From Candidatus Woesearchaeota archaeon (GTDB taxonomy: Archaea > Nanobdellota > Nanobdellia > Woesearchaeales > ARS49), in NCBI GenBank assembly GCA_038868995.1, contig JAWCRZ010000002.1:24726-88725 (forward strand): a stretch of 64,000 nt of DNA. Direction: 5' to 3'. A model generated the notes under the pieces. It was given only the letters and a program-made list of their open reading frames with translations, ran no database searches and had not been told where the DNA came from. Positions 46,431 to 56,047 of this stretch are shown here, piece by piece; position 1 is the first letter of the stretch; every line of letters begins with the position of its first letter. The position numbers and the translations under genes are program-made.

Positions 46431-48277
46431 ATTAAGCTTTCACCGTCCATGTTTTGAGGCACTGGTGCATCGATGAGTTTCAATACGGTGGGCGCAATGT
46501 CTTTCTGTTCAGGTTTTTCTTTTGTTATTTTGAAGTTTGTAAACAAGATTCCAGGGACAAATGAAGAGTCTATCAAATGGTCTGCTTTCCAGTGCTTGTC
46601 GTTGTCAAATATTGTCTCCTTTGTCAGCCCGCCTATTGCGGTCTGCCACGATGTTCTGTACCCTGGATTGTATCCGATTATGATATCTGGCCCTTCGGGT
46701 GTCTGGTTGCCGGAGTACAGGTCTCTGCTGGTGTAAAGCTTGTAAATGACTTTCCTTCCTTCGTCTGTCAGGTTGGCCAGTTTCTCAATCAGCTCGTTTT
46801 CAATTTCTTCCTTGTCTTCGACAATGCCGTATTTTTCCCTGTCTTTTACGTTTAAATAAATGCTGTTGAATCCCAGGGCGTATGCTTTTGTTTTGCTCCA
46901 GTCAACGTATTTGAATAATCCTCCGTCGTCTTCCGGTTCCTGTTTCAGAGTCATGAATCCGTTGTCCACAAGCCATCTGTTTATGCTGACTGCTCTTTGG
47001 AATGAGCTGAATCCATGGTCTGAAACAATAATCAGCGGAGCATCTCCAATCTGCTCAAGCACTTTTCCCAAAAACGCGTCTTTTTTTACGTAGTATTTTT
47101 CGATTTCCGGATGTATTTTCAGTGTTTTGTTGAACGCATTTTCCTCCCAGAACATGTGTTGGAGGCGGTCTGAGCTGTCAAACACGAATGCGAACACTCC
47201 GCCTTTTTTTTTGAACCGTTCGAATTCCGCCCAGAACATTTTTTCCCTTTCTTCTTCCAGCTGCCATATCTGCTCGAGGAATGCCTTGTCGTCTATTTTC
47301 TTGTCATTTAGCGCTCCTGTGTCTTCTGCGATTCCCAACGTATAGTATAATCCTATCTGGCGTGCCAGCTCTGCCGAGTATTCATTCGGATGGGAGATAT
47401 GGTGGAGCGGATTTTCCGGGTCTATCTGCACTGCTGTCAAATACATCTTAAACGGCTGAGTGCTTATAAGGTATGCTTTTGCTATGCCATATGCATTGTT
47501 CATGAATCCAATTTTGAATTTTATCTGCATCCATTGGCTCCATCCGCCTTCTGGCACTTCGTATGTCTTGCCTTGCAAGGCAAGCATGGCTTTTTCTCCC
47601 TTTATTGTTATCTGTAGTGGCGCTTTGATGTCTGTAAGCTTGTCTCCCTGTCTTTTGCGCGGCCCGTATATTTCTGTCTGGATTGCGTCTCCATTTAATG
47701 TTACCTTGATATTTTTCTCCGGACCTTTTGAATTCTCCACTTCCTCTGAAGTGTAATAAGTGTAGCCGCTCAGCAATCCCCTTACGTCCGGAACTCCCAA
47801 TCCTGACAGCAAATGCCCTTCAATTTTTTCAGGAGGGAATGTTACAGGCCATCTGAGCACGCTTGTTGGGATTTTCTGCCTGCTGCTTGTTCTCCAGAAC
47901 GGGTCTGCCGTGACTATTGACTCATACGCAGTCGCGCCAAGATGCGTTGTGGTTGCTTTTGACATTGCGAGAGACGGCAGGTATGTTGCAGGGTCTCGGT
48001 TGATAAAGTCAAATATGTTGTGCTTGCCTGGATTGCTTCCTGTCGCTATTGTTGTCCACGCGACCGGGCTGTGCGGAGGCATTGATGTCTGCAGTTGTTT
48101 GAATGTTCCAGCGTCTCTCAGTTTCGCGAAATTCGGAAGTTTGCCTTCATTCATTAATCTTTCAAGCGCTCGCGGATCTGCGCCGTCAATGCCGATGATA
48201 AGTGCTTTTTTCTGTGCCTGCTCCATTGTGCATCCGCCCAGCAGTATGATAATGACGAGAATTGTTCGTTTTTGCAA
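46427..48277 (-). CDS. Type I phosphodiesterase/nucleotide pyrophosphatase family (AlkP superfamily)
   Basis: IGIDGAD, PPHSPVAWTTIATG, DRLQH, SDHGF, DIAPT; LGGC lipobox-like. Confidence 0.85.
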   Translation of the reverse strand: MQKRTILVIIILLGGCTMEQAQKKALIIGIDGADPRALERLMNEGKLPNFAKLRDAGTFKQLQTSMPPHSPVAWTTIATGSNPGKHNIFDFINRDPATYLPSLAMSKATTTHLGATAYESIVTADPFWRTSSRQKIPTSVLRWPVTFPPEKIEGHLLSGLGVPDVRGLLSGYTYYTSEEVENSKGPEKNIKVTLNGDAIQTEIYGPRKRQGDKLTDIKAPLQITIKGEKAMLALQGKTYEVPEGGWSQWMQIKFKIGFMNNAYGIAKAYLISTQPFKMYLTAVQIDPENPLHHISHPNEYSAELARQIGLYYTLGIAEDTGALNDKKIDDKAFLEQIWQLEEEREKMFWAEFERFKKKGGVFAFVFDSSDRLQHMFWEENAFNKTLKIHPEIEKYYVKKDAFLGKVLEQIGDAPLIIVSDHGFSSFQRAVSINRWLVDNGFMTLKQEPEDDGGLFKYVDWSKTKAYALGFNSIYLNVKDREKYGIVEDKEEIENELIEKLANLTDEGRKVIYKLYTSRDLYSGNQTPEGPDIIIGYNPGYRTSWQTAIGGLTKETIFDNDKHWKADHLIDSSFVPGILFTNFKITKEKPEQKDIAPTVLKLIDAPVPQNMDGESLI

Positions 48278-48289
48278 TATTAATACCTC

Positions 48290-48493
48290 CTATTCCTTGC
48301 TGAAGATGGCGTTCCACGCTTTTTTTAGCGGCTTGATGAGCCATCGTGAAAAAAATGCGCCAATGGCTCCTAACAGCATCAAAATGAAGGGCCATATGCT
48401 GCCTGCCACCGCGCTTCCTGTTCCGGGGTCTATATAAGCTGTTGCTGAGTTTGCCCCAATTATAATGCCCAATGCCCAAATTCCCCTTTTCAT
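48290..48493 (-). CDS. Small membrane peptide with YIDPGTGS motif
   Basis: Signal-like N-terminus, AYIDPGTGS, TM, basic tail. Confidence 0.75.
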   Translation of the reverse strand: MKRGIWALGIIIGANSATAYIDPGTGSAVAGSIWPFILMLLGAIGAFFSRWLIKPLKKAWNAIFSKE

Positions 48494-48532
48494 GAAAGTG
48501 CAATTATCTTCTGCTTATATATAGCTTTTGCC

Positions 48533-49759
48533 TTAGAATGCCTTTGTTACTATTCCGCCAGCAACAACTTCATTATTTTTGACAATTACAAACCTGCCGA
48601 GTTCTGGTATGTCTGTGAAGTGCGTGACGCACAGTGGAGTGTCTGTCTGTATTAAAACCTCTCCGACTTCTGTCTCCTTAAGTTCTTCAGCGTCCTGTTG
48701 CAGCACTTCCATTGTTGATGATTCGTAGCGGGCTGCTATGTTGTCAATTTTGCACGGCATTTCCTGTGTTGAGCACCTGAGAATTAGCTGGTCGCCTTTT
48801 TTGAAACTGCCTGTCATCCAGAAAAGTGTTGCGTGGAACGTGTTTGTCACGAAAGGTCTTTCTGCTTCGTGTGCGATGATGTTTCCCCTTTCAATTTGGA
48901 ACAAGTCCTTGAGCGTAACTGTGATGCATTCTCCTGCTTTTGCTTCTTTTTTTTCTCCTTCAAACACTTTTATTGCTGATATGCTTGTTTTTTTATTCTG
49001 CGGGAGTACAACTATTTCATCTCCCTGCGCGATTTTTCCTGATTCCACTCTTCCCGCGAGCAGTCGCTCTCCGAAGTAATAAATATCCTGTACTGGGTAT
49101 GCGAGCGGCTTTTCTTCGTCATCCTTCTGTTTTTCTATCATGTCGAGGGCGTCAAGCACTGATGGTCCTTCATACCACGGCATTGTTTCAGTGTATTCTG
49201 CCACAAAATCGCCTTTTTTCGCACTGATTGGAATGACGTGCATCGGCACAATGCTGATTCCTGATAAAAACTGCAGTACGTCTTTTTTTATCTTTTCAAA
49301 CTTCTGCTTGTTGTAGTGTTCCAAATCCATTTTGTTGATTACAACAATAACGTCTTTTATTCCAAGCATTCCAAGAATTACGGCGTGCCTTTTTGTCTGG
49401 ACTTCAACTCCTCTGCTCGCATCTACGATGAGCACTGCCGCATCTGCCTGTGCTGCTCCTGTTATCATGTTCTTGATGAACTCGACGTGCCCCGGCGCGT
49501 CAATTATGACATATCTTCTTTTGTTCGTCCTGAAGAATATTTGCGCGGTATCAATGGTCATTTCCTGCTCTCTTTCTTCCTGCAAATGGTCTATCAGGAA
49601 CGCGAACTCAATTTCTTTTCCAAGCTCTTGCGATGCTTTCTTGATTTCTTCAAGTTTGGCGTCCGGCAGTGAGCCGGTATCGTATAGAAGCCTTCCTGTG
49701 AAAGTTGACTTTCCGTGGTCAACCATTCCAACAATGACTATTTTCAGCGTGTCGTCCAT
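48533..49759 (-). CDS. cysN: Sulfate adenylyltransferase GTPase subunit
   Basis: GMVDHGKST, EREQEMTID, DAPGH, NKMD, PISAKKGD; follows cysD; no fused CysC. Confidence 0.92.
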   Translation of the reverse strand: MDDTLKIVIVGMVDHGKSTFTGRLLYDTGSLPDAKLEEIKKASQELGKEIEFAFLIDHLQEEREQEMTIDTAQIFFRTNKRRYVIIDAPGHVEFIKNMITGAAQADAAVLIVDASRGVEVQTKRHAVILGMLGIKDVIVVINKMDLEHYNKQKFEKIKKDVLQFLSGISIVPMHVIPISAKKGDFVAEYTETMPWYEGPSVLDALDMIEKQKDDEEKPLAYPVQDIYYFGERLLAGRVESGKIAQGDEIVVLPQNKKTSISAIKVFEGEKKEAKAGECITVTLKDLFQIERGNIIAHEAERPFVTNTFHATLFWMTGSFKKGDQLILRCSTQEMPCKIDNIAARYESSTMEVLQQDAEELKETEVGEVLIQTDTPLCVTHFTDIPELGRFVIVKNNEVVAGGIVTKAF

Positions 49760-50562
49760 TACATATACCCCAGTGACCTTAATTTTTGCATCGCGTAAGC
49801 TTTTTCTTTGTCCTGCGACCTGCCTGCCCGTTCAGGAGTCTTGCTTGTTCTTATTTCCTCTATTATTTTTTCTACGGTGTCAGCGTTGCTTTCAATTGGG
49901 ACTGTTATCGGCATGCAGCCCAAGCTTCTGTATCTTTTGCCGTCTTTTGCGAAGTAAAGTGAGTTGATTGGAATGTTTTCCCGCTTGATGTATTCCCAGA
50001 TGTCAAGCTCTGTCCAGTGCAGAAGCGGATGAATGCGTACGTGCTCATCTTCTTCTGTTTTTGACTTGTACTGGTCCCACATTTCTGTTGGCTGGTTTTT
50101 GTAGTCCCAGGTAAATTCTGTATTTCTTGGAGAAAACACTCTTTCTTTTGCCCTGATTCCGTGCTCGTCTCTTCTTATTCCGACAAAGAGTGCTTTGAAT
50201 TTGTGTTTAGCTATCGCCTGCTTGAGCGCGACAGTCTTTAATTCATGGCAGCAAGTTAGCGCGTCGTGAGTTGCGTAGCCGACTCCTCTCGCCAGAGCTT
50301 CCTCATTTTTGCTTATTATCAAAGTCAGTCCCCATTCTTTTGCCCAGTGGTCCCTGAATGCGTACATTTCCGGGAACTTGAATGTTGTGTCGATGTGCAT
50401 TACCGGAAATGGCAGTCTTCCTAAGAATGCTTTTCTCGCAAGCCACAAAAGTGTTGTTGAATCTTTTCCGATGCTCCAAAGAAGTCCAAGATGCTTGAAC
50501 TGGTAATATGCTTCCCTGATTATGTGGATGCTTTGGTTTTCAAGCTTGTCTAAATGGTCCAT
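49759..50562 (-). CDS. cysD: Sulfate adenylyltransferase subunit 2
   Basis: WSIGKDS, RRDE, RAKERVFSPR, WTELDIWEYI, YRSLGC. Confidence 0.95.
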   Translation of the reverse strand: MDHLDKLENQSIHIIREAYYQFKHLGLLWSIGKDSTTLLWLARKAFLGRLPFPVMHIDTTFKFPEMYAFRDHWAKEWGLTLIISKNEEALARGVGYATHDALTCCHELKTVALKQAIAKHKFKALFVGIRRDEHGIRAKERVFSPRNTEFTWDYKNQPTEMWDQYKSKTEEDEHVRIHPLLHWTELDIWEYIKRENIPINSLYFAKDGKRYRSLGCMPITVPIESNADTVEKIIEEIRTSKTPERAGRSQDKEKAYAMQKLRSLGYM

Positions 50563-50662
50563 TTCAGCCCCTTTCAGGCCTTTAAATCCTGAGGGCCTTT
50601 TTAAATACTTAGATACTGTACGACAATAATCTTTTATAATGTCCACGTGAATTTTTTCCATT

Positions 50663-51775
50663 ATGCGGGTGGTTGTTGTTGGTCCGGTGTCGCCTTGTAG
50701 AGGTGGAATTTCATACTACACTACCGAGCTGTGCAGGCTTCTTGCAAAAAAGCACCGGGTTGTTGCGTACAGTATGGAGCGCTTATACACGAGTTTATTA
50801 TTTAGGCTGCTTTTCAGGGGCAACAATGTTTTTGACAGCAGCAAGCAGGTGGTTGACAGCGGTGTTGAAACTAAAAGAATAATTTCAGTTAATCCTTTCA
50901 GCTGGCTCAAGGCCGCTGTTAAAATCAGGCGGTTAAAGCCCGATGTTGTTATTGTCACCTGGATTGAGCCGTATATGGCGCCGCTTGCGAAAACGCTTGA
51001 GTGGTTTCTGCCCAAAAGCGCCAGGCTTGTTTTTATCTGCCATAATGTTCTTCCGCACGAGCCTCGCTTGTTCTCAAGACAGCTGGCCGGATTAAGTTTT
51101 AAAAATGTTGACGGGTTCATAACTCACGCTGAGAGCGAGACAAAGAGACTGCTTGAGCTTTGCCCCGGAGCGAGTTATGTTCAGGCTTATCTGCCTGCTT
51201 ACACCTTGGTTAGTGGTGGTGGTTCTATTAGAAAAGAGCTGGGTTTGCGCGGTAATGTCCTTTTGTTTTTTGGCTATGTTCGGCCTTACAAGGGCCTGCG
51301 TTATTTGCTTAAGGCGCTTCCAATTGTTCTCGAGAAAGTTGACCTTGACTTGCTTGTTGTAGGCGAGTTCTGGGAGGATAAGGGCGAATACCTGGACATT
51401 ATCAGGGTGCTTGGCGTTGAAGACCGCGTCAAGATTGTTGACCGTTATGTTCCAAATGAGGATATTGGTCGTTATTTTGCCGATGCTGATGTCGCCGTAT
51501 TGCCTTACGAGTCTGGCAGTCAGTCAGCTGTCGTGCAGGTGGCGTACGCTCACGACACTCCTGTTATCGCGTCAAGAACCGGTGGGCTCGCTGACAATGT
51601 TGTTGACGGCAAAACCGGCTTCCTTGTGGAGCCGAAAAACGAGAAGGCACTTGCCGATGCCATAATAAGGTTCTATATTCAGAAAAAACGAAAGGAGTTT
51701 GTAAAAAACATTAAAAAAATCAGGCAAAAATTCAGTTGGGCTGAGTATATGCGCCGGCTTGAGAGCTTATTCTAA
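50663..51775 (+). CDS. GT4 glycosyltransferase
   Basis: FGYVRPYKG, VLPY...QSAV. Confidence 0.9.
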   Translation: MRVVVVGPVSPCRGGISYYTTELCRLLAKKHRVVAYSMERLYTSLLFRLLFRGNNVFDSSKQVVDSGVETKRIISVNPFSWLKAAVKIRRLKPDVVIVTWIEPYMAPLAKTLEWFLPKSARLVFICHNVLPHEPRLFSRQLAGLSFKNVDGFITHAESETKRLLELCPGASYVQAYLPAYTLVSGGGSIRKELGLRGNVLLFFGYVRPYKGLRYLLKALPIVLEKVDLDLLVVGEFWEDKGEYLDIIRVLGVEDRVKIVDRYVPNEDIGRYFADADVAVLPYESGSQSAVVQVAYAHDTPVIASRTGGLADNVVDGKTGFLVEPKNEKALADAIIRFYIQKKRKEFVKNIKKIRQKFSWAEYMRRLESLF

Positions 51776-52831
51776 TATTTTCTTGTATTTCTGGATTTGC
51801 TTTTTTATGTCGTGGTTTTTTTCAAAGTATGCCCTGCACTTGTGTGAGAGTTTCCGCCAGTTTTTTCGCACGCTTTTGATGTCCTGTAGCAGCTGTTCAA
51901 AAGTGTGGGAATGGAAGCCAAGTCCGTAACGGCAGATGGTTTCGTCCACGTCTGTATGCAGGGAGATTACTGGCGTCCCGGCGCGCCATGCCTCGACATA
52001 CACGTTGCCAAATCCCTCTTCCTTGGAGAGCGATATGAGCGCAATTGCCTTTGAGTAATACTCGTGCATTTTTTCGTTTGGAACAAATGGCAGGACTTTC
52101 ATATTGCTCGGCACTGGTTTTTCGTAAGGGCATATCAGCACAAATTTTTCTTCTGGCATTAATTCCGCCAGTTTCACAAAAAGGTCAGGTTGTTTTAATG
52201 CGTTGTTTCTTCCTACGAATAGGAAAAATTCCCTTTTGTTCTTCTTTAATGGTTTGCTGCTTTTGCCGATGTGGATTATTGTTGTTTTTGCGTGCGTTCT
52301 TGGAGGAGTGCGCTTCAGCTGGTCGTTGGAAATCGCCACTATTTTGTCTGCCAGCTGCATGCTTGCCCTGTCGAATATCACCCAGCGCAGGAATGAAACC
52401 GGCTTCCACAGCATTCGTGCGGGTGTTCCAGGGACAACATAGAGGTATTTCTTCGAGTGTTTTTTGCAGAATAATGCTGTTGTCAGGCGTATTTCCCCAA
52501 GTGCTGCGCGATGTATGTAAATGTTTGCGTTGATTTCCCTGAGTTTTTTCCATAGTTTCAGATGGTATTTTAAAATCTGCGCAGGCCTTGTTTTGTACTG
52601 CACAAATCTATTTACAGGTATCCACTGCATTGTCCATACTGTGATGTTGTGTTTCCTGAATTTTTTTTCCTCATCCGCCTCCACGAGCATATGCACGTCG
52701 TAGTTTTTGTCTTTTGCAATCTCGACTGCTTCCTCATGAATTGCTGTTTCTGCTCCGGCATAGGGGTGTGGATATTTTTTATCAAACATTTTGTAGCCGA
52801 AGTGATTTATATAGCAGATTTTAACCGGCAT
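51767..52831 (-). CDS. GT4 glycosyltransferase
   Basis: FVGR...K, EGFGNVYVEAW. Confidence 0.88.
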   Translation of the reverse strand: MPVKICYINHFGYKMFDKKYPHPYAGAETAIHEEAVEIAKDKNYDVHMLVEADEEKKFRKHNITVWTMQWIPVNRFVQYKTRPAQILKYHLKLWKKLREINANIYIHRAALGEIRLTTALFCKKHSKKYLYVVPGTPARMLWKPVSFLRWVIFDRASMQLADKIVAISNDQLKRTPPRTHAKTTIIHIGKSSKPLKKNKREFFLFVGRNNALKQPDLFVKLAELMPEEKFVLICPYEKPVPSNMKVLPFVPNEKMHEYYSKAIALISLSKEEGFGNVYVEAWRAGTPVISLHTDVDETICRYGLGFHSHTFEQLLQDIKSVRKNWRKLSHKCRAYFEKNHDIKKQIQKYKKILE

Positions 52832-53168
52832 TCTTCAATCTCCTTAGCCATATGATATTTATCAAAACAAAGGATATGAGCGCTTCGACGATTGCGAAAG
52901 TTACTGCATTTATTGGCAGCGAAAGCAGAAGTGCAGCATACCATCCGATGGAAGTTATTGCCATTCCAATGGCGAAATTGATTGCGTGCGCTTCTGCTCT
53001 TGTGTATTTCTGTCTGCCTATGTGCTGGACTGCAAGGTAGCCGGTTAGGTAAATTATGAATACTGCCCCGCCGAACAAAAATGAGTCCTTGGTTTCCAGC
53101 CGTCGCATAAGTAGCAGGCTTATTAGTATGCATGCAATGAACGCGTCAACCCATCTTCTAACAGTCAT
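52821..53168 (-). CDS. Small multi-TM protein
   Basis: 115 aa hydrophobic, overlaps both neighbours. Confidence 0.6.
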   Translation of the reverse strand: MTVRRWVDAFIACILISLLLMRRLETKDSFLFGGAVFIIYLTGYLAVQHIGRQKYTRAEAHAINFAIGMAITSIGWYAALLLSLPINAVTFAIVEALISFVLINIIWLRRLKNAG

Positions 53169-54699
53169 AGCGCAACAACTCCATTCTGTCCTGCTGTGCT
53201 ATTCTGGTTATGCAGGTGCTGTTGAATTTTCCCGTGTCTCCGCGCTGGCTTTTCTCACCGAGGTATATGTACAATGGCCCTGGGTACTGGTCCATTAAGT
53301 CTCCAATTCTTCCAAAAGAGTCGGCTGTCCAGTAGCGCGTCCATTGCATGAGAGTCCAGTTTCCGTGGCCGAACAATCCAGGGGCGATGATTTTTCGTTT
53401 GCTGTACGCCACCAATAACGGCGCGTCTTCCACCATGTTGGATATTATGCTCGCGTTTTCTTCTGTTATTTCCGGAATGCCTGTTATGAACACGTATTCT
53501 TCAGGGCTTATGTGGTGGCGGCTGTCTCTTATTGCCGGCACTATTATTGTGCCCATAGAGAGCACGATTAGGGCAATCATCGCATATGCCGTCTTGCGGT
53601 GCTCTGCCAGAAGGTCTGCAAGCGCTGCTCCTGCCAAAATCACCATCATTATGTCAAGATATACGATAAACCTGTTGTAAAAGACCAAACGGAAATAGAC
53701 GATTATTGCGCTTATGAGCCACCAGGCGAATGGAATTCCAAACTCGCGCTTTCTAAGTAGTGTGAAAAAACCCATCAATGCCAGCGGCAGGTATGCCAAA
53801 CTGGCAAATTCGTATGTGAACAGGTCCATGAACGCTCCTGAGCCGACTGCTGTTGTAAAGCCGGCAGCCTGGTCTGCAATTAGTGCTTTGAAAGCAGTGA
53901 CGTAATACAGCAATCCTAGCCCAAGTATTGCCGCTCCTGAAACTGTGTGCATGAAAAGAAGCTTTTTGTCGTTTTTAAGGGAAATGTTTACGGTGTACAG
54001 AAGGTAGCAGAGCCCGAAAAGAAGGAAGGTTGGCTGGTGAACGCCGCAGAGCACAATTCCTGCAATGCTGCCGAGGATATATTGCTTTCGTGCAATTAAT
54101 GTGAATGCCGTTAGCATTAAAATGAGGGCAAGGACATTTTTGAAAAAGAGCGCGTGAAAGACGACAAACTGCGCATAGGAGAGCGCGTAGAAAAAAACGG
54201 CAAGGATTGCCGCATTTCTGTTGAAAAATGTCTTTGTGAAAGTGTATATTGCTCCTCCAAGCATCATCTGCAGCAATATGTAGAAATAAACAACCAGCGC
54301 GATTGTGCTTGTGCCTGTCGCTTTGAAGAAGTTTGTTATCGTGAAAAGTCCTGGTGGAGACCATTTTGCAAACCATTCATCCACGTCTCCAGCAGAATAT
54401 TGCTCTATTGCTGCTGTATAGAATCCTGCGTCAAAGCCAAGAGGCAGGCCGTTGTCCCAGTATGGCGCAATTCTTGTTGCAAGGATGAGCAGAATTCCTA
54501 CAATAAGCAGCCATGCTGGCAGCTGCGCCTTTTTTTCGGTTTTTTCCTTCCGCACGGCATATATTATCGCGATAATCAGTGCAAAAATTTCAAAATGGAG
54601 CGTGTACCTTGTGAAAACCCTGAAGCTTGCCAGCGTGACAAGGATAAGGTACACGGTTAAAAGCTGCCAAGATGTCTGCCTGAAAAGTCGCCCCCACAT
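53158..54699 (-). CDS. Polytopic membrane protein, GT-C glycosyltransferase-like
   Basis: PLGFDAGFY loop after N-terminal TMs, more than 10 TM helices. Confidence 0.7.
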   Translation of the reverse strand: MWGRLFRQTSWQLLTVYLILVTLASFRVFTRYTLHFEIFALIIAIIYAVRKEKTEKKAQLPAWLLIVGILLILATRIAPYWDNGLPLGFDAGFYTAAIEQYSAGDVDEWFAKWSPPGLFTITNFFKATGTSTIALVVYFYILLQMMLGGAIYTFTKTFFNRNAAILAVFFYALSYAQFVVFHALFFKNVLALILMLTAFTLIARKQYILGSIAGIVLCGVHQPTFLLFGLCYLLYTVNISLKNDKKLLFMHTVSGAAILGLGLLYYVTAFKALIADQAAGFTTAVGSGAFMDLFTYEFASLAYLPLALMGFFTLLRKREFGIPFAWWLISAIIVYFRLVFYNRFIVYLDIMMVILAGAALADLLAEHRKTAYAMIALIVLSMGTIIVPAIRDSRHHISPEEYVFITGIPEITEENASIISNMVEDAPLLVAYSKRKIIAPGLFGHGNWTLMQWTRYWTADSFGRIGDLMDQYPGPLYIYLGEKSQRGDTGKFNSTCITRIAQQDRMELLRYDC

Positions 54700-54754
54700 G
54701 TCGTCTGCCGTACAGATATGTATTTAAATAAATTTGTAGCCGTAAAAATAGAGG

Positions 54755-56047
54755 GTGGAAATGTCATTTTTAAGCAGGATACTGGGATTTCTTGGAATGG
54801 ACAGCGATTTGCACAGACAGCTGGTGCGGAATACTGTTTTTCTCATTGGTTCTGAAGCAGTCATCAAAATAATTGTTGCTGTGCTTGCTATTTTTATCGC
54901 GCGCCATCTTGGCACTTTGGGCTATGGCGAGTTGCAGTTTGCCATTGCTTTTGCAGCGATGTTCCAGTTTGCGCTTGACCTTGGCTTTAATGGCCTGATG
55001 GTGCGCGAGATTGCCGCTGACTACCGGAGCGCTCGGAAATATGCTGAGAATGTGCTGACTTTGCGCATCATTCTGGCATTGTTGTGCTATGCTGTTCTTG
55101 CCATGCTTGTGTTTTTTATCAACAAGCCGCTGGAAATAAAGTGGCTTGTTCTTCTTGCAGGGGTGCAGCTTGTGTTTATTACATTGATGGATTTCTGCTC
55201 TGCTTTGTTCCAGGCGTTTGACAAGGTTTACCTCCGCGCTGCGATGCGGCTGCTTTATCACGTCGTGCTTGTTTCGGCGTGCTTGTATGTTTTCTTGTCA
55301 AAGGGAGGTGTGCAACAGTTTATGTACGCGTATGTGTTGAGTGCGTGTGTTGCATTTCTTGTTGCTTTTTTTGTCGCACAGGCGAAATTCACGCGCTTTG
55401 TGCTCGGCTTTGATTTTGGTTTTTGGAAAAAAATATTTGTGGAAATGCTTCCTTTTGCCTCCATTGCAATTCTTGCAACAATGTACAACCGTGTTGACAT
55501 GGTGATGCTTTCCTTTATGAAAGGTGAGGAGGCGGTTGGAATTTATGCTGCTGCGTTTAATGTCTATTCAGCTTTTCAGCTGATGCCTGTGCTGGCGATT
55601 ACTGCAGGTTATGCGTCGCTTGCGCGTTTGTTCAGGTATGGTTCGCAGGGGTTCAGGCACCTTGTGCGGCAATATTTCTGGTGGCTGCTGTGTGCTGGAG
55701 TTGCCGGAGCTGTGCTGTTGTTTTTAATTGCCAATCCTCTTGTGCGGCTTGTGTACGGGGAGGTGTTTGCCGCATCCGGCGCAGTGTTGCAGGTGTTTGG
55801 CATATGCCTGTTGACGGGCACGCTGATTTATTTCCTGTCGACTTATTGCATTATCTCGCGTATGCAGAAAAAGTATGTGCGAATTCTTTTTATGGCATTG
55901 CTGCTGAATATCTGCCTGAATTATGTTCTGATTGGGAAGTTCAGTTATCTTGGAGCAGTTGTTGCCACGTTTGTTGCACAGCTTTACCAGGTTGTTATGC
56001 TTATCGCAGTAAGTTATTTTTCCGGGCAGCGGGTGTGGGCGCGATGA
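54755..56047 (+). CDS. Oligosaccharide flippase (Wzx/RfbX, MOP superfamily)
   Basis: ARHLG..GYG, DLGF...REIA, RVDMVML, VGIYAAA. Confidence 0.9.
   Translation: MEMSFLSRILGFLGMDSDLHRQLVRNTVFLIGSEAVIKIIVAVLAIFIARHLGTLGYGELQFAIAFAAMFQFALDLGFNGLMVREIAADYRSARKYAENVLTLRIILALLCYAVLAMLVFFINKPLEIKWLVLLAGVQLVFITLMDFCSALFQAFDKVYLRAAMRLLYHVVLVSACLYVFLSKGGVQQFMYAYVLSACVAFLVAFFVAQAKFTRFVLGFDFGFWKKIFVEMLPFASIAILATMYNRVDMVMLSFMKGEEAVGIYAAAFNVYSAFQLMPVLAITAGYASLARLFRYGSQGFRHLVRQYFWWLLCAGVAGAVLLFLIANPLVRLVYGEVFAASGAVLQVFGICLLTGTLIYFLSTYCIISRMQKKYVRILFMALLLNICLNYVLIGKFSYLGAVVATFVAQLYQVVMLIAVSYFSGQRVWAR

Noticed and set aside
48533..49759. EF-1alpha/SelB-like translation GTPase
   Set aside because: Adjacent to cysD and motif pattern fits CysN
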